Shown here in pieces: positions 28,861 to 37,941 of a stretch of DNA of 62,796 bases. Under the pieces are notes generated by a model, which was given only the letters and a program-made list of their open reading frames with translations, had not been told where the DNA came from and made no database searches. The stretch is from positions 1 to 62,796 of IMG/VR virus record IMGVR_UViG_3300012971_000022. One strand, 5' to 3'. The stretch comes from a virus (Duplodnaviria; Caudoviricetes). Numbering within the stretch: the first letter of the stretch is position 1; each line of letters starts with the position of its first letter. The position numbers and the translations under genes were made by a program.

Positions 28861-29664
28861 ATGCGAAAAGCTATCAATCTGATTACCGCGCTGGTCGCGC
28901 TCAAGTTTGGACGCGTCAACGCCAAGCTCAAAGGCAATCCACTTGCGGCCGACAAGACGATCGTCACGTTCAGTTTGCCCGCTGCTTGGACGTGCCCGGG
29001 TGCCAACCTTTGCAAGGCACGCGTTGCCCGGGATGGCGGACTCGTTGACGGTCCGAATGTCGAATTCCGTTGTTGGGCAGCATCCTTAGAGGCAATCCGC
29101 ACTAACGTCCGAAACGCACACTGGCACAACTTCGATATGCTCAAGCCCTACCTGAACGATGCGCGCAAGATGGCGGATATCATCGGGCAATCCTTGCCAC
29201 GGCGTGCCGATATCGTACGGGTGCATGAGTCCGGAGACTTTTTTAACGACGCGTACTTTCGCGCGTGGTGCCTAGTCGCGGCCGCGCACCCGAACGTCCT
29301 TTTCTACGCTTACACAAAATCGCTCAAGACGTGGATTGCCAATCGCGCGGCCGTGCCTGCCAATTTGGTTTTGACCGCATCGCGTGGCGGACTATGGGAT
29401 GAGCTTATCGATAAGCACGGGCTCAAGACTGCCCGCGTGGTCTTCTCAATTGAGCAGGCTTCGAAGCTTGGCTTGACGATCGATCATGATGACTCGGCCG
29501 CAATGGACGCCAACATCCGCGAATTCGCGCTCCTATTGCACGGCGTGCAGCCTGCCAAGTCCGAAGCTTCCCGGGCTCTAGTCGCCTTGAAAGGTATCGG
29601 CAGCTATTCCGAAAACACGGCCGAGAATCACGCGCGCGCGGCACGCGTCAACGCTCAACTTTAG
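28861..29664 (+). CDS. GP88-family protein
   Basis: GN.KL-like start, FSLPA..TCPGA..C...C.A, VRVHESGDF...Y..AW..A...P...FYAYTK. Confidence 0.85.
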   Translation: MRKAINLITALVALKFGRVNAKLKGNPLAADKTIVTFSLPAAWTCPGANLCKARVARDGGLVDGPNVEFRCWAASLEAIRTNVRNAHWHNFDMLKPYLNDARKMADIIGQSLPRRADIVRVHESGDFFNDAYFRAWCLVAAAHPNVLFYAYTKSLKTWIANRAAVPANLVLTASRGGLWDELIDKHGLKTARVVFSIEQASKLGLTIDHDDSAAMDANIREFALLLHGVQPAKSEASRALVALKGIGSYSENTAENHARAARVNAQL

Positions 29665-29742
29665 GTCGCTAGGAACTGCACCCGGGTGCAATGCCCGGGT
29701 GCCTCTAGCTAGCTGGCCTTTTGCGAGCAGGAGCAAGTGACA
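29663..29742 (+). repeat. Intergenic structured repeat, copy 1
   Basis: GCTAGGAACTG-hairpin(GCAA)-CCTCTAGCTAGCTGG...CGAGCAGGAGCAAGTGAC. Confidence 0.9.
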
Positions 29743-30600
29743 ATGGCAACTTTTCTCAATTCCGAAACGCGCTATCCGACGATGACCGATGACGATCACG
29801 CGGCCGATACCACGGCCGATATCGCGATAGCGTCGGTCGACTACTTCAATCGTGATGGCGGACGCGTGCAGGCTTTCGAACGTGACGGCGTGATGGTCTA
29901 CCGTCGCGCGTGCACCCGTTGTGGCGGCACGGGCACCACGCCTTGGGGAACCTGCTTTAGGTGCCGTGGCGGACGATGGGAGTCCAAGCCCGGGCGCGCC
30001 TATACGGCCGAAGAAGTCACGCGACTACGCGCGTCGGCCGAGCGTGCCGAAGCCCGTCAAGCCGAGCGTGCGGCCGAGCAGGCTCGGGTCAAAGCCGAGC
30101 AAGCGCGTGTGCGTGCCGCATCCTTCGAAGCTGACCACGGGGACGCAATCGCCGCCATCCGGGAAGCGGCACCCAACAGCGCGTTTTGTAACGACCTGCT
30201 CGCGAAGCTGACTCAATACGGATCGCTATCCGAGCGTCAGCTAGAAGCGGGTCACGCGGCCGCACGGCGCATCGCGGACGATCGCGCGCGTTGCGCGGGT
30301 TCGGTGCACGTCGGCACCGTCGGCGAGCGGCGCGTCTTTGACCTGACCATCGCAAAGGTTGTGACCCTGCCCGATCGCGGGTTCGGCGAGTCCTACCTGT
30401 TCATGATGGATGACCCTGACGGTAACCGGGTGCTGTACTTCGGCACGGCGCGCTTTCTGTCGACCGATACCGGCGCGCGCGTCCGCGTCAAGGCCACGGT
30501 CAAGCGCCATGACGAGCGCAACGGGGTCAAGCAGACCATCATCAATCGTCCGGCCGAGATGCCCGCACCCCTGACCGAAGTTGTGGAAGTCAAACTCTAA
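29743..30600 (+). CDS. Zinc-finger plus OB-fold-like protein
   Basis: CTRCGGTG...CFRCRG; HVGTVGER...D.DGN...YFG...KATVKRH.E.NGVKQT..NRP. Confidence 0.75.
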   Translation: MATFLNSETRYPTMTDDDHAADTTADIAIASVDYFNRDGGRVQAFERDGVMVYRRACTRCGGTGTTPWGTCFRCRGGRWESKPGRAYTAEEVTRLRASAERAEARQAERAAEQARVKAEQARVRAASFEADHGDAIAAIREAAPNSAFCNDLLAKLTQYGSLSERQLEAGHAAARRIADDRARCAGSVHVGTVGERRVFDLTIAKVVTLPDRGFGESYLFMMDDPDGNRVLYFGTARFLSTDTGARVRVKATVKRHDERNGVKQTIINRPAEMPAPLTEVVEVKL

Positions 30601-30677
30601 CACGCTGCTTGGAACTGCCCGGGCCGCAAGGCCCGGGCCTCTAGCAAGCTGGCGTCATGCGAGCAGGAGCAAGTGAA
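30601..30677 (+). repeat. Intergenic structured repeat, copy 2
   Basis: GCTTGGAACTG-CCCGGGCC GCAA GGCCCGGG-CCTCTAGCAAGCTGG...CGAGCAGGAGCAAGTGA. Confidence 0.9.
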
Positions 30678-31139
30678 ATGCAATTCGACCAAAACACCCG
30701 CCATCTGATCGTCAAGGCGCTTGACCAGCTGGCCACAACGTCAACCGTCCGGCGCAACGGCGCTATCGAAGCGCGCGACCCGGCCGTGCAAGCGGCCGTC
30801 GTGGCGCTAACGCAGCTGCTCAACAATATGGAACCGGTCGACCGTGACGCGCGTGGCTTGCGCCACGTCCTAGACCGCATCGAACCCGAACGCGACGCGT
30901 ACCGCTCGGTGCTGGGCGCGTTGCACGCGGAGCTACAAAACGTCGTCGACTACTCGGACGATCAGTTCTACGTCCGCGAGATGATCGCGCATTTCCTGAC
31001 CGCGATCGAAGGTGCGACCAACCGGCCTGCCTTTGGCGGACTGCCGGTCGTCGAAGTCTTGAACACTCTGGAGACCCGCAAGAATAACGCCGTGCGCGCC
31101 ATGTTCGACCGTGGCCTGAGCGTGCACGCCAAGCGCTAG
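30678..31139 (+). CDS. Early hypothetical protein
   Basis: Start follows the RBS carried by the repeat. Confidence 0.75.
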   Translation: MQFDQNTRHLIVKALDQLATTSTVRRNGAIEARDPAVQAAVVALTQLLNNMEPVDRDARGLRHVLDRIEPERDAYRSVLGALHAELQNVVDYSDDQFYVREMIAHFLTAIEGATNRPAFGGLPVVEVLNTLETRKNNAVRAMFDRGLSVHAKR

Positions 31140-31217
31140 ACGCTGCCTGAAACTGCCGGGGGAGCAATCCCCCGGCCTCTATCAAGCTGGCAACTGGCGA
31201 GCAGGAGCGAAGTGACA
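31140..31217 (+). repeat. Intergenic structured repeat, copy 3
   Basis: GCCTGAAACTG-CCGGGGGA GCAA TCCCCCGG-CCTCTATCAAGCTGG...CGAGCAGGAGCGAAGTGAC. Confidence 0.9.
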
Positions 31218-31448
31218 ATGAGTAACGCGAAACGAAAGCAGGACCTGATCGCGCGTGTGAATGAGCAGCGCGCTTGGGTCGACGAACACGGCGGAACCCT
31301 CGCGGGTTACGTCGCCAACTACCACGGCGTGCACGGCCGCACCGTCGAAAACGCCATGGCGATTTACAAGGCCGACAAGGCGGAACTCGAAAAGCTTGAG
31401 TGGATGCTCGGCCTGACGATCCACTCCATCAAGGGAGTACGCCGATGA
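31218..31448 (+). CDS. Early hypothetical protein
   Basis: Start follows the RBS carried by the repeat. Confidence 0.75.
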   Translation: MSNAKRKQDLIARVNEQRAWVDEHGGTLAGYVANYHGVHGRTVENAMAIYKADKAELEKLEWMLGLTIHSIKGVRR

Positions 31449-31597
31449 TTGACCTAGGCATCGAAGCGCTTATCGAGTACCCGGCCATCGCCTATTACGG
31501 GCGCATTTGGCACGTCGAGTTTCACGACTGGACAACCGCGCTCGTCATCGAAGACGAGACCGAAAACTTTGTGCTCGAACCCGAGGTGAAGTCATGA
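31445..31597 (+). CDS. Small acidic early protein
   Basis: ATGA coupling, GGGAG RBS. Confidence 0.6.
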   Translation: MIDLGIEALIEYPAIAYYGRIWHVEFHDWTTALVIEDETENFVLEPEVKS

Positions 31598-31845
31598 ACC
31601 GTCAACGATTCGAGCGCGGCCGTAACCGGCTTGCGCGCTGCCGCTGTTGCGGCAACCTGACCCACTCCACGATGGACGGGCAACTCGATATCCGCATGTG
31701 CCGCGTCTGTCTGGAAAGCTCGGGACAGGAAAACGCCCACTCCGACGGGGGCGGACATGACCCGTTCAATCCCGCGTGTCCGACCTGCCGAGGCGTCGGC
31801 TGTCTGCATGAACTGGCGGACAAGGGACAGGTGCGACCGGCCTAG
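31594..31845 (+). CDS. Small zinc-binding early protein
   Basis: CRCC...CRVC...H...CPTC; ATGA coupling. Confidence 0.7.
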   Translation: MNRQRFERGRNRLARCRCCGNLTHSTMDGQLDIRMCRVCLESSGQENAHSDGGGHDPFNPACPTCRGVGCLHELADKGQVRPA

Positions 31846-31926
31846 GTGAGCCAGCCCGGGCGCAAGCCCGGGCCGTAACCCGCACCCCGGCGGAAAGCCC
31901 GGGGAGCCGGTGAGGAGTTAGTGACT

Positions 31927-32424
31927 ATGGGAGCATACGTTTACACGGCGCGCTCGCCGAAGCTGGCGCGCCACATACTGATCGAGTGGACCAACCCCAA
32001 CGGGCTCACCCAGTGGGAGCAAGAGTGGGGGGACGCGCTTTGTATGTCGTACCTGTACAAGCCGTCTTGGTCCATGCGCGACGACGATGCGAAGCGCTGG
32101 GGTCCGGTCATCGAGCGCCAAGAGCGTGCTTGGGATCATCTGCGCGTGCCGCGCTACGCGGTCATCGGTGACAAGGGCATCCGCAAGGGTGACTCGGTCA
32201 TCGACTGGGGCGAGGACAAGCGCGCGCGGCTTTCCTGCTACGACGATCCTGATTGGGGTCACTGCGTGCGAACCGGCCGGGTCCGCATCGTCTCGCCGAC
32301 GCTGCCGGACTTGCGCCTGACCTGCGAGTCTTGCGGCGCGTTCGTCCACTACCACGGCAACACGGTTTGCCTGCACTACAAGCGCGCGACCCGCGAGGTC
32401 TGCGAGCGTGGCAGCTGCTACTAA
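31927..32424 (+). CDS. Early hypothetical protein
   Basis: GAGGAG RBS; Cys-rich C-terminus. Confidence 0.7.
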   Translation: MGAYVYTARSPKLARHILIEWTNPNGLTQWEQEWGDALCMSYLYKPSWSMRDDDAKRWGPVIERQERAWDHLRVPRYAVIGDKGIRKGDSVIDWGEDKRARLSCYDDPDWGHCVRTGRVRIVSPTLPDLRLTCESCGAFVHYHGNTVCLHYKRATREVCERGSCY

Positions 32425-32627
32425 GCGTCGCGGCGACGCCGTGCAGCCAGTGTCGGCACCCCCGGCACTGGTCGCGCGGCCGTGCCGCGCATGCGGCGTC
32501 GAGCACCCGCGCAAGAAGCTCTCGACCTTCTCCGAGCTTTGCCTGCCCTGCCTCAAGCGCATCCTCGGAAAGCAATATGACAAGCGTCTCAATTTCTTTG
32601 AGGGGTAAAAGAATTTCAATCCAGTAC

Positions 32628-32656
32628 TTGACATGAAATTCAATTTGAGTCATTAT
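32628..32656 (+). promoter_or_regulatory. Sigma70-like promoter
   Basis: TTGACA-17bp-CATTAT in an AT-rich gap. Confidence 0.6.
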
Positions 32657-32709
32657 TCGAATATCACGGTGAGCCACTACCGAAAACGTGGCGGAGCAAG
32701 TGAGGTGTT

Positions 32710-33873
32710 ATGAAAAGCGGATTGACACTCCAACAGTTGGCGGAACAACTCGAAGCGGCCAAGAAAGCCCAGCGAGACTTTGTTGCGCCCGCACCGTTGC
32801 TGCGTGCAGCGGTTAACCCGGCTCAGACTGTCCAGTTGGCCATGAAGACCAACGGGCACGACGAGACCTTCAACGTCCGGCCGTACGCACACGGCCAGCT
32901 GGCCCAGCTGACGGGCATCCCCAAGGCGTACTACGACCGCATGGCGACCGAAGCGCCCAACCTGTTGGCGGACTCGCTCAACACTTGGCTGCGCATGCGG
33001 ACCGACGACCGCCAGCTGGTGCGCGTCGCTGGCCGCGACGTGCGCGCGATCCTCTCCGATCGCTACCGTCCGCTCGACAACGTGAACCTCGCCGAGGTCG
33101 CGCTGCCCGAACTGCTCAACCGTGGCGCGACCATCGAGTCCTGCCAGATCACCGAGACCAAGCTGTACATCAAGGCCGTACTGCCGACGCTGTCCCGGAC
33201 CATCAACGGTTCCGAGATGCGCGACCTCGCGACCTACGAGCAGGTCCCGGACCACGCGGCGCGCGTGGCTGAGAACCAGCGGCGCGGCTTCAAGGTCGGC
33301 GACGTGGTGCAGGCCATGGTCTGCCTCTCCAACAGCGAGGTCGGCGCGGGCACGTTGCGCGTCGAGGGCGGAGTCTACCGGCTGGTCTGCCTGAACGCCG
33401 CCATCAGCCCGGATGGCAGCTACCGCAAGTACCACATTGGCCGTGGCTTGGGCGGAGACGCGGAGGACGCAGTGCGGGCGCTCCTGACGGACGAGACCCG
33501 GCGCGCGGACGACAAAGCCCTCTGGCTGAAGGTGCGCGACGTCGTACGGGCCGCTTTTGATGAGCAGCGCTTCAACACGCAGTGCGACAAGCTCGAAGCG
33601 GCCACGCAGGACAAGATTGCGCTCGATAAGGGCGTGAGCTTGGAGCGGGTTGTCGAGCGCGTGGTCGAGAAGTTCTCGATTGGCGAGGCGACCGGCGGGT
33701 CCATCTTAAAGCACCTGATCGCGGGCGGCGACCTGTCCCGCTACGGCGTGGTGCAGGCGGTGACCCGGGCCTCGGCCGAGGTCGAGGACTACGACAACGC
33801 GACCGAACTGGAGCGCGTTGGCGGAAACATCGTGGAACTGTCCCGCGAGGACTGGAGGCAACTCGCGGCGTAG
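32710..33873 (+). CDS. DUF932 domain protein
   Basis: AH.QLA...GIP..YYDRM, RAILSDRYRPLDN, GD.VQA...SNSEVG.G, YRLVCLN. Confidence 0.85.
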   Translation: MKSGLTLQQLAEQLEAAKKAQRDFVAPAPLLRAAVNPAQTVQLAMKTNGHDETFNVRPYAHGQLAQLTGIPKAYYDRMATEAPNLLADSLNTWLRMRTDDRQLVRVAGRDVRAILSDRYRPLDNVNLAEVALPELLNRGATIESCQITETKLYIKAVLPTLSRTINGSEMRDLATYEQVPDHAARVAENQRRGFKVGDVVQAMVCLSNSEVGAGTLRVEGGVYRLVCLNAAISPDGSYRKYHIGRGLGGDAEDAVRALLTDETRRADDKALWLKVRDVVRAAFDEQRFNTQCDKLEAATQDKIALDKGVSLERVVERVVEKFSIGEATGGSILKHLIAGGDLSRYGVVQAVTRASAEVEDYDNATELERVGGNIVELSREDWRQLAA

Positions 33874-33955
33874 AGACTGCTTGGAACTGCCGGGGGCTTC
33901 GGCCCCCGGCCTCTAGCAAGCTGGGTCTCTACCGAGCAGGGAGCAAGTGACAACC
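33872..33955 (+). repeat. Intergenic structured repeat, copy 4
   Basis: AGAGACTGCTTGGAACTG-CCGGGGGC TTCG GCCCCCGG-CCTCTAGCAAGCTGGGTCTCT..CGAGCAGGGAGCAAGTGAC. Confidence 0.9.
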
Positions 33956-34126
33956 GTGCCCGAGATTTTCCTAGAAGACTACCAAGTCGACGCGCTCAGG
34001 AACCTGAGCAAGCGCCTGTACACCGAGAACCGGATGCACGGCGACGAGATGCGCGACTGGGCGCAAACCCTCCGGCTCATTGTCGAGGATATCGACAAGC
34101 AGAACACGCAGTACCCCAAAGAATGA
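33956..34126 (+). CDS. 56-aa early protein (not in ORF track)
   Basis: GTG start after the repeat RBS: MPEIFLEDYQVDALRNLSKRLYTENRMHGDEMRDWAQTL... Confidence 0.7.
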   Translation: MPEIFLEDYQVDALRNLSKRLYTENRMHGDEMRDWAQTLRLIVEDIDKQNTQYPKE

Positions 34127-34136
34127 CGGGCGAGTA

Positions 34137-34165
34137 TTGACAAGATATCCAGGTTGATATACAAG
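34137..34165 (+). promoter_or_regulatory. Possible sigma70-like promoter
   Basis: TTGACA-17bp-TACAAG. Confidence 0.45.
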
Positions 34166-34202
34166 TCTCCCAAGACGTAAATCCCAAAGGAGTGAGTGAC
34201 AA

Positions 34203-34412
34203 ATGAACAAGACTGAAGGTCGGTACAAGGTCGAGGTCATCGCCGACAACTCGGGCCAGTGGTGCAGCAACGCGCTGCGCTTCGACAGCTACGCGGATGC
34301 GGCGGTCTACGGCCAGCACCTCGCGTGGCGCTGGACTCTGGTCCGCAAGTTCCGGGTCTTCGATACCGAGACCAACGAGGTCGTCGAGGGCGAAGTCGAG
34401 GTGCGGTCATGA
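34203..34412 (+). CDS. Conserved small phage protein
   Basis: EVIADNSG.W.SNALRF....A...G..L..RW.LV; AAGGAG RBS. Confidence 0.8.
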   Translation: MNKTEGRYKVEVIADNSGQWCSNALRFDSYADAAVYGQHLAWRWTLVRKFRVFDTETNEVVEGEVEVRS

Positions 34413-34747
34413 GAATCACGATTAGGTCCACCACAAAGGTCGAGCGCGGATTCGAGCGTTGCAACGCACGCACCCTGCTGGCCGGGGTCGCCGGTCACCC
34501 GGACAACGAGACTTGCGGCAACACGGCCGATTACCGGCTGCTCATCTACCGGCGCGACCCCGCGCACATGCACCGCGCCGAGCGCTTCCACTATGTGTGC
34601 GGCGACTGTCTGGGCGCGGTCATCGAGGGGCTGCGCGACGATCGCTGCGTCCACATCACCCGCGAGGGCTACACATGTGGCTACGGGCGCGAGGAGCACG
34701 GCGAGGGCGCTGAGGGACGCAACCACGCGTTCAGGAGCGAGCCATGA
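34409..34747 (+). CDS. Cys/His-rich early protein
   Basis: ATGA coupling. Confidence 0.65.
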   Translation: MRITIRSTTKVERGFERCNARTLLAGVAGHPDNETCGNTADYRLLIYRRDPAHMHRAERFHYVCGDCLGAVIEGLRDDRCVHITREGYTCGYGREEHGEGAEGRNHAFRSEP

Positions 34748-35034
34748 TCGGCCTGTTCGTTTCCAAGACCGAAGCCGACGAGTTCCACCCGGACACCTGC
34801 CAGTTCCCGGTTCACCGGACCCGGCGCGTGGACGGACGCGAAGTTGACGACGGGTTCCGCGTATGCGGCGCGCCCGGGTACTTCGACGTGGCAACCCAGC
34901 TGATGGAGAAGGACCGCGAGGGCCGCTACATGCTGAGCCATACCAGCCACTACTGCGAGGAGCACGGGCGCAAGGTGATTGACTCCCTGTTGAACCTGCT
35001 CCACGCCGACGAAGACGAACAGGAGGAGTCATGA
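34744..35034 (+). CDS. Early zinc-binding protein
   Basis: AGGAG RBS; C...CG...YCEEH. Confidence 0.7.
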   Translation: MIGLFVSKTEADEFHPDTCQFPVHRTRRVDGREVDDGFRVCGAPGYFDVATQLMEKDREGRYMLSHTSHYCEEHGRKVIDSLLNLLHADEDEQEES

Positions 35035-35243
35035 GTATCGCCAAACCGGACCCGTCCGCGCTCGATGCCTGCTTGGACCAGATCGAGTCTGCCGAAACTC
35101 ACCTCGAACATGCTCGCCTGCTGCTCGGCCGGGGCAAGGCCATCATGGAATTCCGCGACCAACTCGACCGCGCGCTGAACGCCTGCGAGAAGGTGGCCAA
35201 GAACGTCGGCCGCACCCTGCAGGCGCTCAAGGAGGCATCGTGA
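35031..35243 (+). CDS. Small helical protein
   Basis: AGGAGG RBS, ATGA coupling. Confidence 0.7.
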   Translation: MSIAKPDPSALDACLDQIESAETHLEHARLLLGRGKAIMEFRDQLDRALNACEKVAKNVGRTLQALKEAS

Positions 35244-35722
35244 AGCTCGAAGCGTTTCGCCGCTTCAAGGTCGGCCAGTGGGTCGAGCTTCGCACCAGCC
35301 TGCACCACGTTCAGGGCTACGTCCTCAAGGTTGTCGACCAGCTGCACTCGCCCTCGAAAGAAGCGCTCGCCGAATACGCCGACACCATGCGGCGTGGCGG
35401 CTTCCGGGCCATGAACACGCGCAGGCCGGTCGCGATACAGCAGCGGCGGGTCTACGTCGGCCGCAACCCGCAAGACGATCCGCGCCTCGCGCCTTGGATA
35501 CTGGACATTCACAACATCCACGAGATCCGGCGCATCGTCGAAGGCGACGAGGCCATCCTCGAACGGCGCGCGGAACTGGCGCGCATCCGGGTCGAAGCCT
35601 GTCAGGTCAAGTACAAGGAAGCGGGCGACGCACTGGCAGCAGCCGAGCGTGCGTTGGTGTTCGCCAACCAGCAGCTGGAGAAACTCCGCACCCGGCCGAG
35701 TATCGAGGATGAGCAAGCGTAA
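35240..35722 (+). CDS. Hypothetical protein
   Basis: AAGGAGG RBS, GTGA coupling. Confidence 0.7.
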   Translation: MKLEAFRRFKVGQWVELRTSLHHVQGYVLKVVDQLHSPSKEALAEYADTMRRGGFRAMNTRRPVAIQQRRVYVGRNPQDDPRLAPWILDIHNIHEIRRIVEGDEAILERRAELARIRVEACQVKYKEAGDALAAAERALVFANQQLEKLRTRPSIEDEQA

Positions 35723-37817
35723 CAAGCGCCGCCGCTCGCTAAAGCATGCCGCCGAGGTAGCGGCCGGGATGCACCGCGCCGGTAAGCCGGTGCCGCGTAT
35801 CTGGCCGAGCGAAGCCAAGCCGCGCGGTCTGCTGGGGACTCTCAAGGCGGACCTCCCCGGTACCAACTTCAAAGCGGGTGAGCGGATCACCGAAGACAAC
35901 GTCCGGGAAATCGGGACCGCGATTGGGCGGTTGCCCGAGATGCGCGAGGTCATCGACCGAGCCAGCGACGCAGACAAGGTCGCCGCGCTCGAAGCGCTCG
36001 CCAGCAAGTACAGCGGGTCTCTCGGTCTGGGCAAACGTCTGGTCGAGGGCTTCACCAACGACTGGTGGTCCGACCCGGTAACAAAGGAGGAAGCCCAAAA
36101 GCTCGCCGCTGTCACCGAGTCTAGTGCCGAGGAGTGGGAAGGCGCGACCGCGCTCGGCGTTATTCCCCCCGGGGGAGGCCCGCCGCCGCCCAAGATCCTC
36201 CTCGATGTCCCCGTTAGGGACGCGAGCAAAAAGCAGGTGCAGGACGCTGAGCGGCTCGGCGCAACCATTAGGCGGGTGCCCCCGGACGAGGTCGAACGTC
36301 TGAAGAGTGCGGGCGTCCAAATGAACCGCATGATGACCGAGGAGGAGCTTTGGAAAAAATCCCCGGCTCTGGCCATCGCACGGGACTTGGGCGCGTTCGA
36401 CGTAAAGCATGCGCCGACGCCCGAGAAGATCCGGCAGGTCGCCGTGCAGTTCTACCTGCGCCTGCTCGCCGCCTCGCTGGGCGGACACATGAAGATGCAG
36501 GTTGCCGCGAACACCCCGGGCGCGGAGTGGCCCGCCAACATCGTGATGCGCGACGTGGTGGAATCTGCTGTCAAGGTTGTAAGCGCCAACATGAAGGCGT
36601 CCGGCCCATTGACCGATAAGGAGACGCGCGGGGTTCGCACCATGCTCGGCCAGTACCTGAGCACCAAGTTCTTCGGCTACCTGCGCGAGGCGCGCATCTT
36701 CCAGTTCCGTGAGCGCGACTACGGGCGGCTCTACCATCTCGCCGATCTCCACGTCACCACGGCGTGCGGCTACCGCTGGCAACCGGCTGAGTCCGAGCGA
36801 AAGATTCCCGAGGTCGAGCTTAAGCGCACCAGCGAATACACCGTGAACGAGGGCGTCAAGGTTCCGTTCCCGGCCAAGATTCCGTTTAAGAGTTGCTACT
36901 TCGCTTGGGGCGCGGGCGTCGAGGTGCCGGTGGCCAACCGGCTCCTGTATGGACTGCTGGACGTAGGCAGCGACGGGCACCTCATCGATACCGGGGCACC
37001 GCACCGGATAATGGCGACCTTGGTCACCGACAACGGCTGGGTCTTTTCCATCTGCCTGCGCGTCACGCACGAGAAGTATCAGGCCGAGTTCATAGTCGAA
37101 CCCGAACTGGAGCAGGGCTATCGGTTCGCTGACCCGGTGGTAGTGCTGGAGCGCATCGGCGAGGACCAGCCCCGGGAGGTCGACCATAGCGAGCATATGC
37201 ACGAGAGTGGCGACCCGCGCACCGACGCGATTGGCAAGGCACTGCTGCCGCACGAGCATAGCCACTTCTTCGACGCCGGGTGGACGCTGCCCTACGCGCT
37301 CACTCCGTGGCTGGTGAACAGCGCGGTGGAGGTCATCGACTCCAACGACTCGCTGCTCAAGGCGCTGCCGCACACGCTCAAGGAGCGGCTGGATACCAAG
37401 TCCCTGAGCAAGCGCACCAACCAGAAGTTCCTGCCCGCGCCCTACTACGTCGTCATGATTCAGCCGACGACCTACGAGGAAAAGGAGCACGAGATCATCT
37501 CCCGGCCGAAGGAGTGGTCGCACCAGTGGGACGTGCGCGGGCACTACGGTCACAAGATTATGCGGGGGACGCTGCCACTTGACCCGAAGTTAATCTGGCA
37601 ACTGCACAAGCGCGGCTACGAACTTTTCCACGCCATGCACCGGCCTACCGGCGAGGTGCTCGCGTTCCTCGTACGCCGTCGGGTCATCCCGCCGCAAGAA
37701 GGCGAGTGGCTGGCGTACCTCAAGTTCCGCCGCGAAGCCTACGTCAAAGGACCCAAAGACAAGCCGTATGTCCCGAGCGTTCACCGCTTGCGCCACGGCG
37801 TGCCGGAGGTTGTGTGA
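35709..37817 (+). CDS. Large early protein with C-terminal VRGH...KGP motif
   Basis: Likely start MSKRNKRRR; HQWDVRGHY...YVKGPKDKP. Confidence 0.8.
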   Translation: MSKRNKRRRSLKHAAEVAAGMHRAGKPVPRIWPSEAKPRGLLGTLKADLPGTNFKAGERITEDNVREIGTAIGRLPEMREVIDRASDADKVAALEALASKYSGSLGLGKRLVEGFTNDWWSDPVTKEEAQKLAAVTESSAEEWEGATALGVIPPGGGPPPPKILLDVPVRDASKKQVQDAERLGATIRRVPPDEVERLKSAGVQMNRMMTEEELWKKSPALAIARDLGAFDVKHAPTPEKIRQVAVQFYLRLLAASLGGHMKMQVAANTPGAEWPANIVMRDVVESAVKVVSANMKASGPLTDKETRGVRTMLGQYLSTKFFGYLREARIFQFRERDYGRLYHLADLHVTTACGYRWQPAESERKIPEVELKRTSEYTVNEGVKVPFPAKIPFKSCYFAWGAGVEVPVANRLLYGLLDVGSDGHLIDTGAPHRIMATLVTDNGWVFSICLRVTHEKYQAEFIVEPELEQGYRFADPVVVLERIGEDQPREVDHSEHMHESGDPRTDAIGKALLPHEHSHFFDAGWTLPYALTPWLVNSAVEVIDSNDSLLKALPHTLKERLDTKSLSKRTNQKFLPAPYYVVMIQPTTYEEKEHEIISRPKEWSHQWDVRGHYGHKIMRGTLPLDPKLIWQLHKRGYELFHAMHRPTGEVLAFLVRRRVIPPQEGEWLAYLKFRREAYVKGPKDKPYVPSVHRLRHGVPEVV

Positions 37818-37941
37818 TAAACAGTTACCGGGCTAGCCAGCGAAGCAATGCTCCCGCTGGTGATGGAGCGGGGAGGGCTGTCACTCCCAACCCGCTCCGC
37901 CCAATCCCCAAACATTTTGTTCCGCATAGGAGGTGGAAGGA

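Noticed and set aside
31836-31912. Annotating a twister ribozyme as a feature
   Set aside because: P2 and pseudoknot registers do not match the consensus; kept only as a finding
29663-33955. Early repeats as a CRISPR array
   Set aside because: Units are about 80 bp, internally variable and separated by whole genes; no cas operon
29663-33955. Early repeats as integron attC sites
   Set aside because: No RYYYAAC/GTTRRRY core pair, no integrase, and the tetraloops point to RNA function
35739-37553. Long antisense ORFs (also 10963-12195, 12928-14241, 35099-36376 and others)
   Set aside because: Shadows of GC-rich coding genes on the opposite strand, with no RBS or motifs
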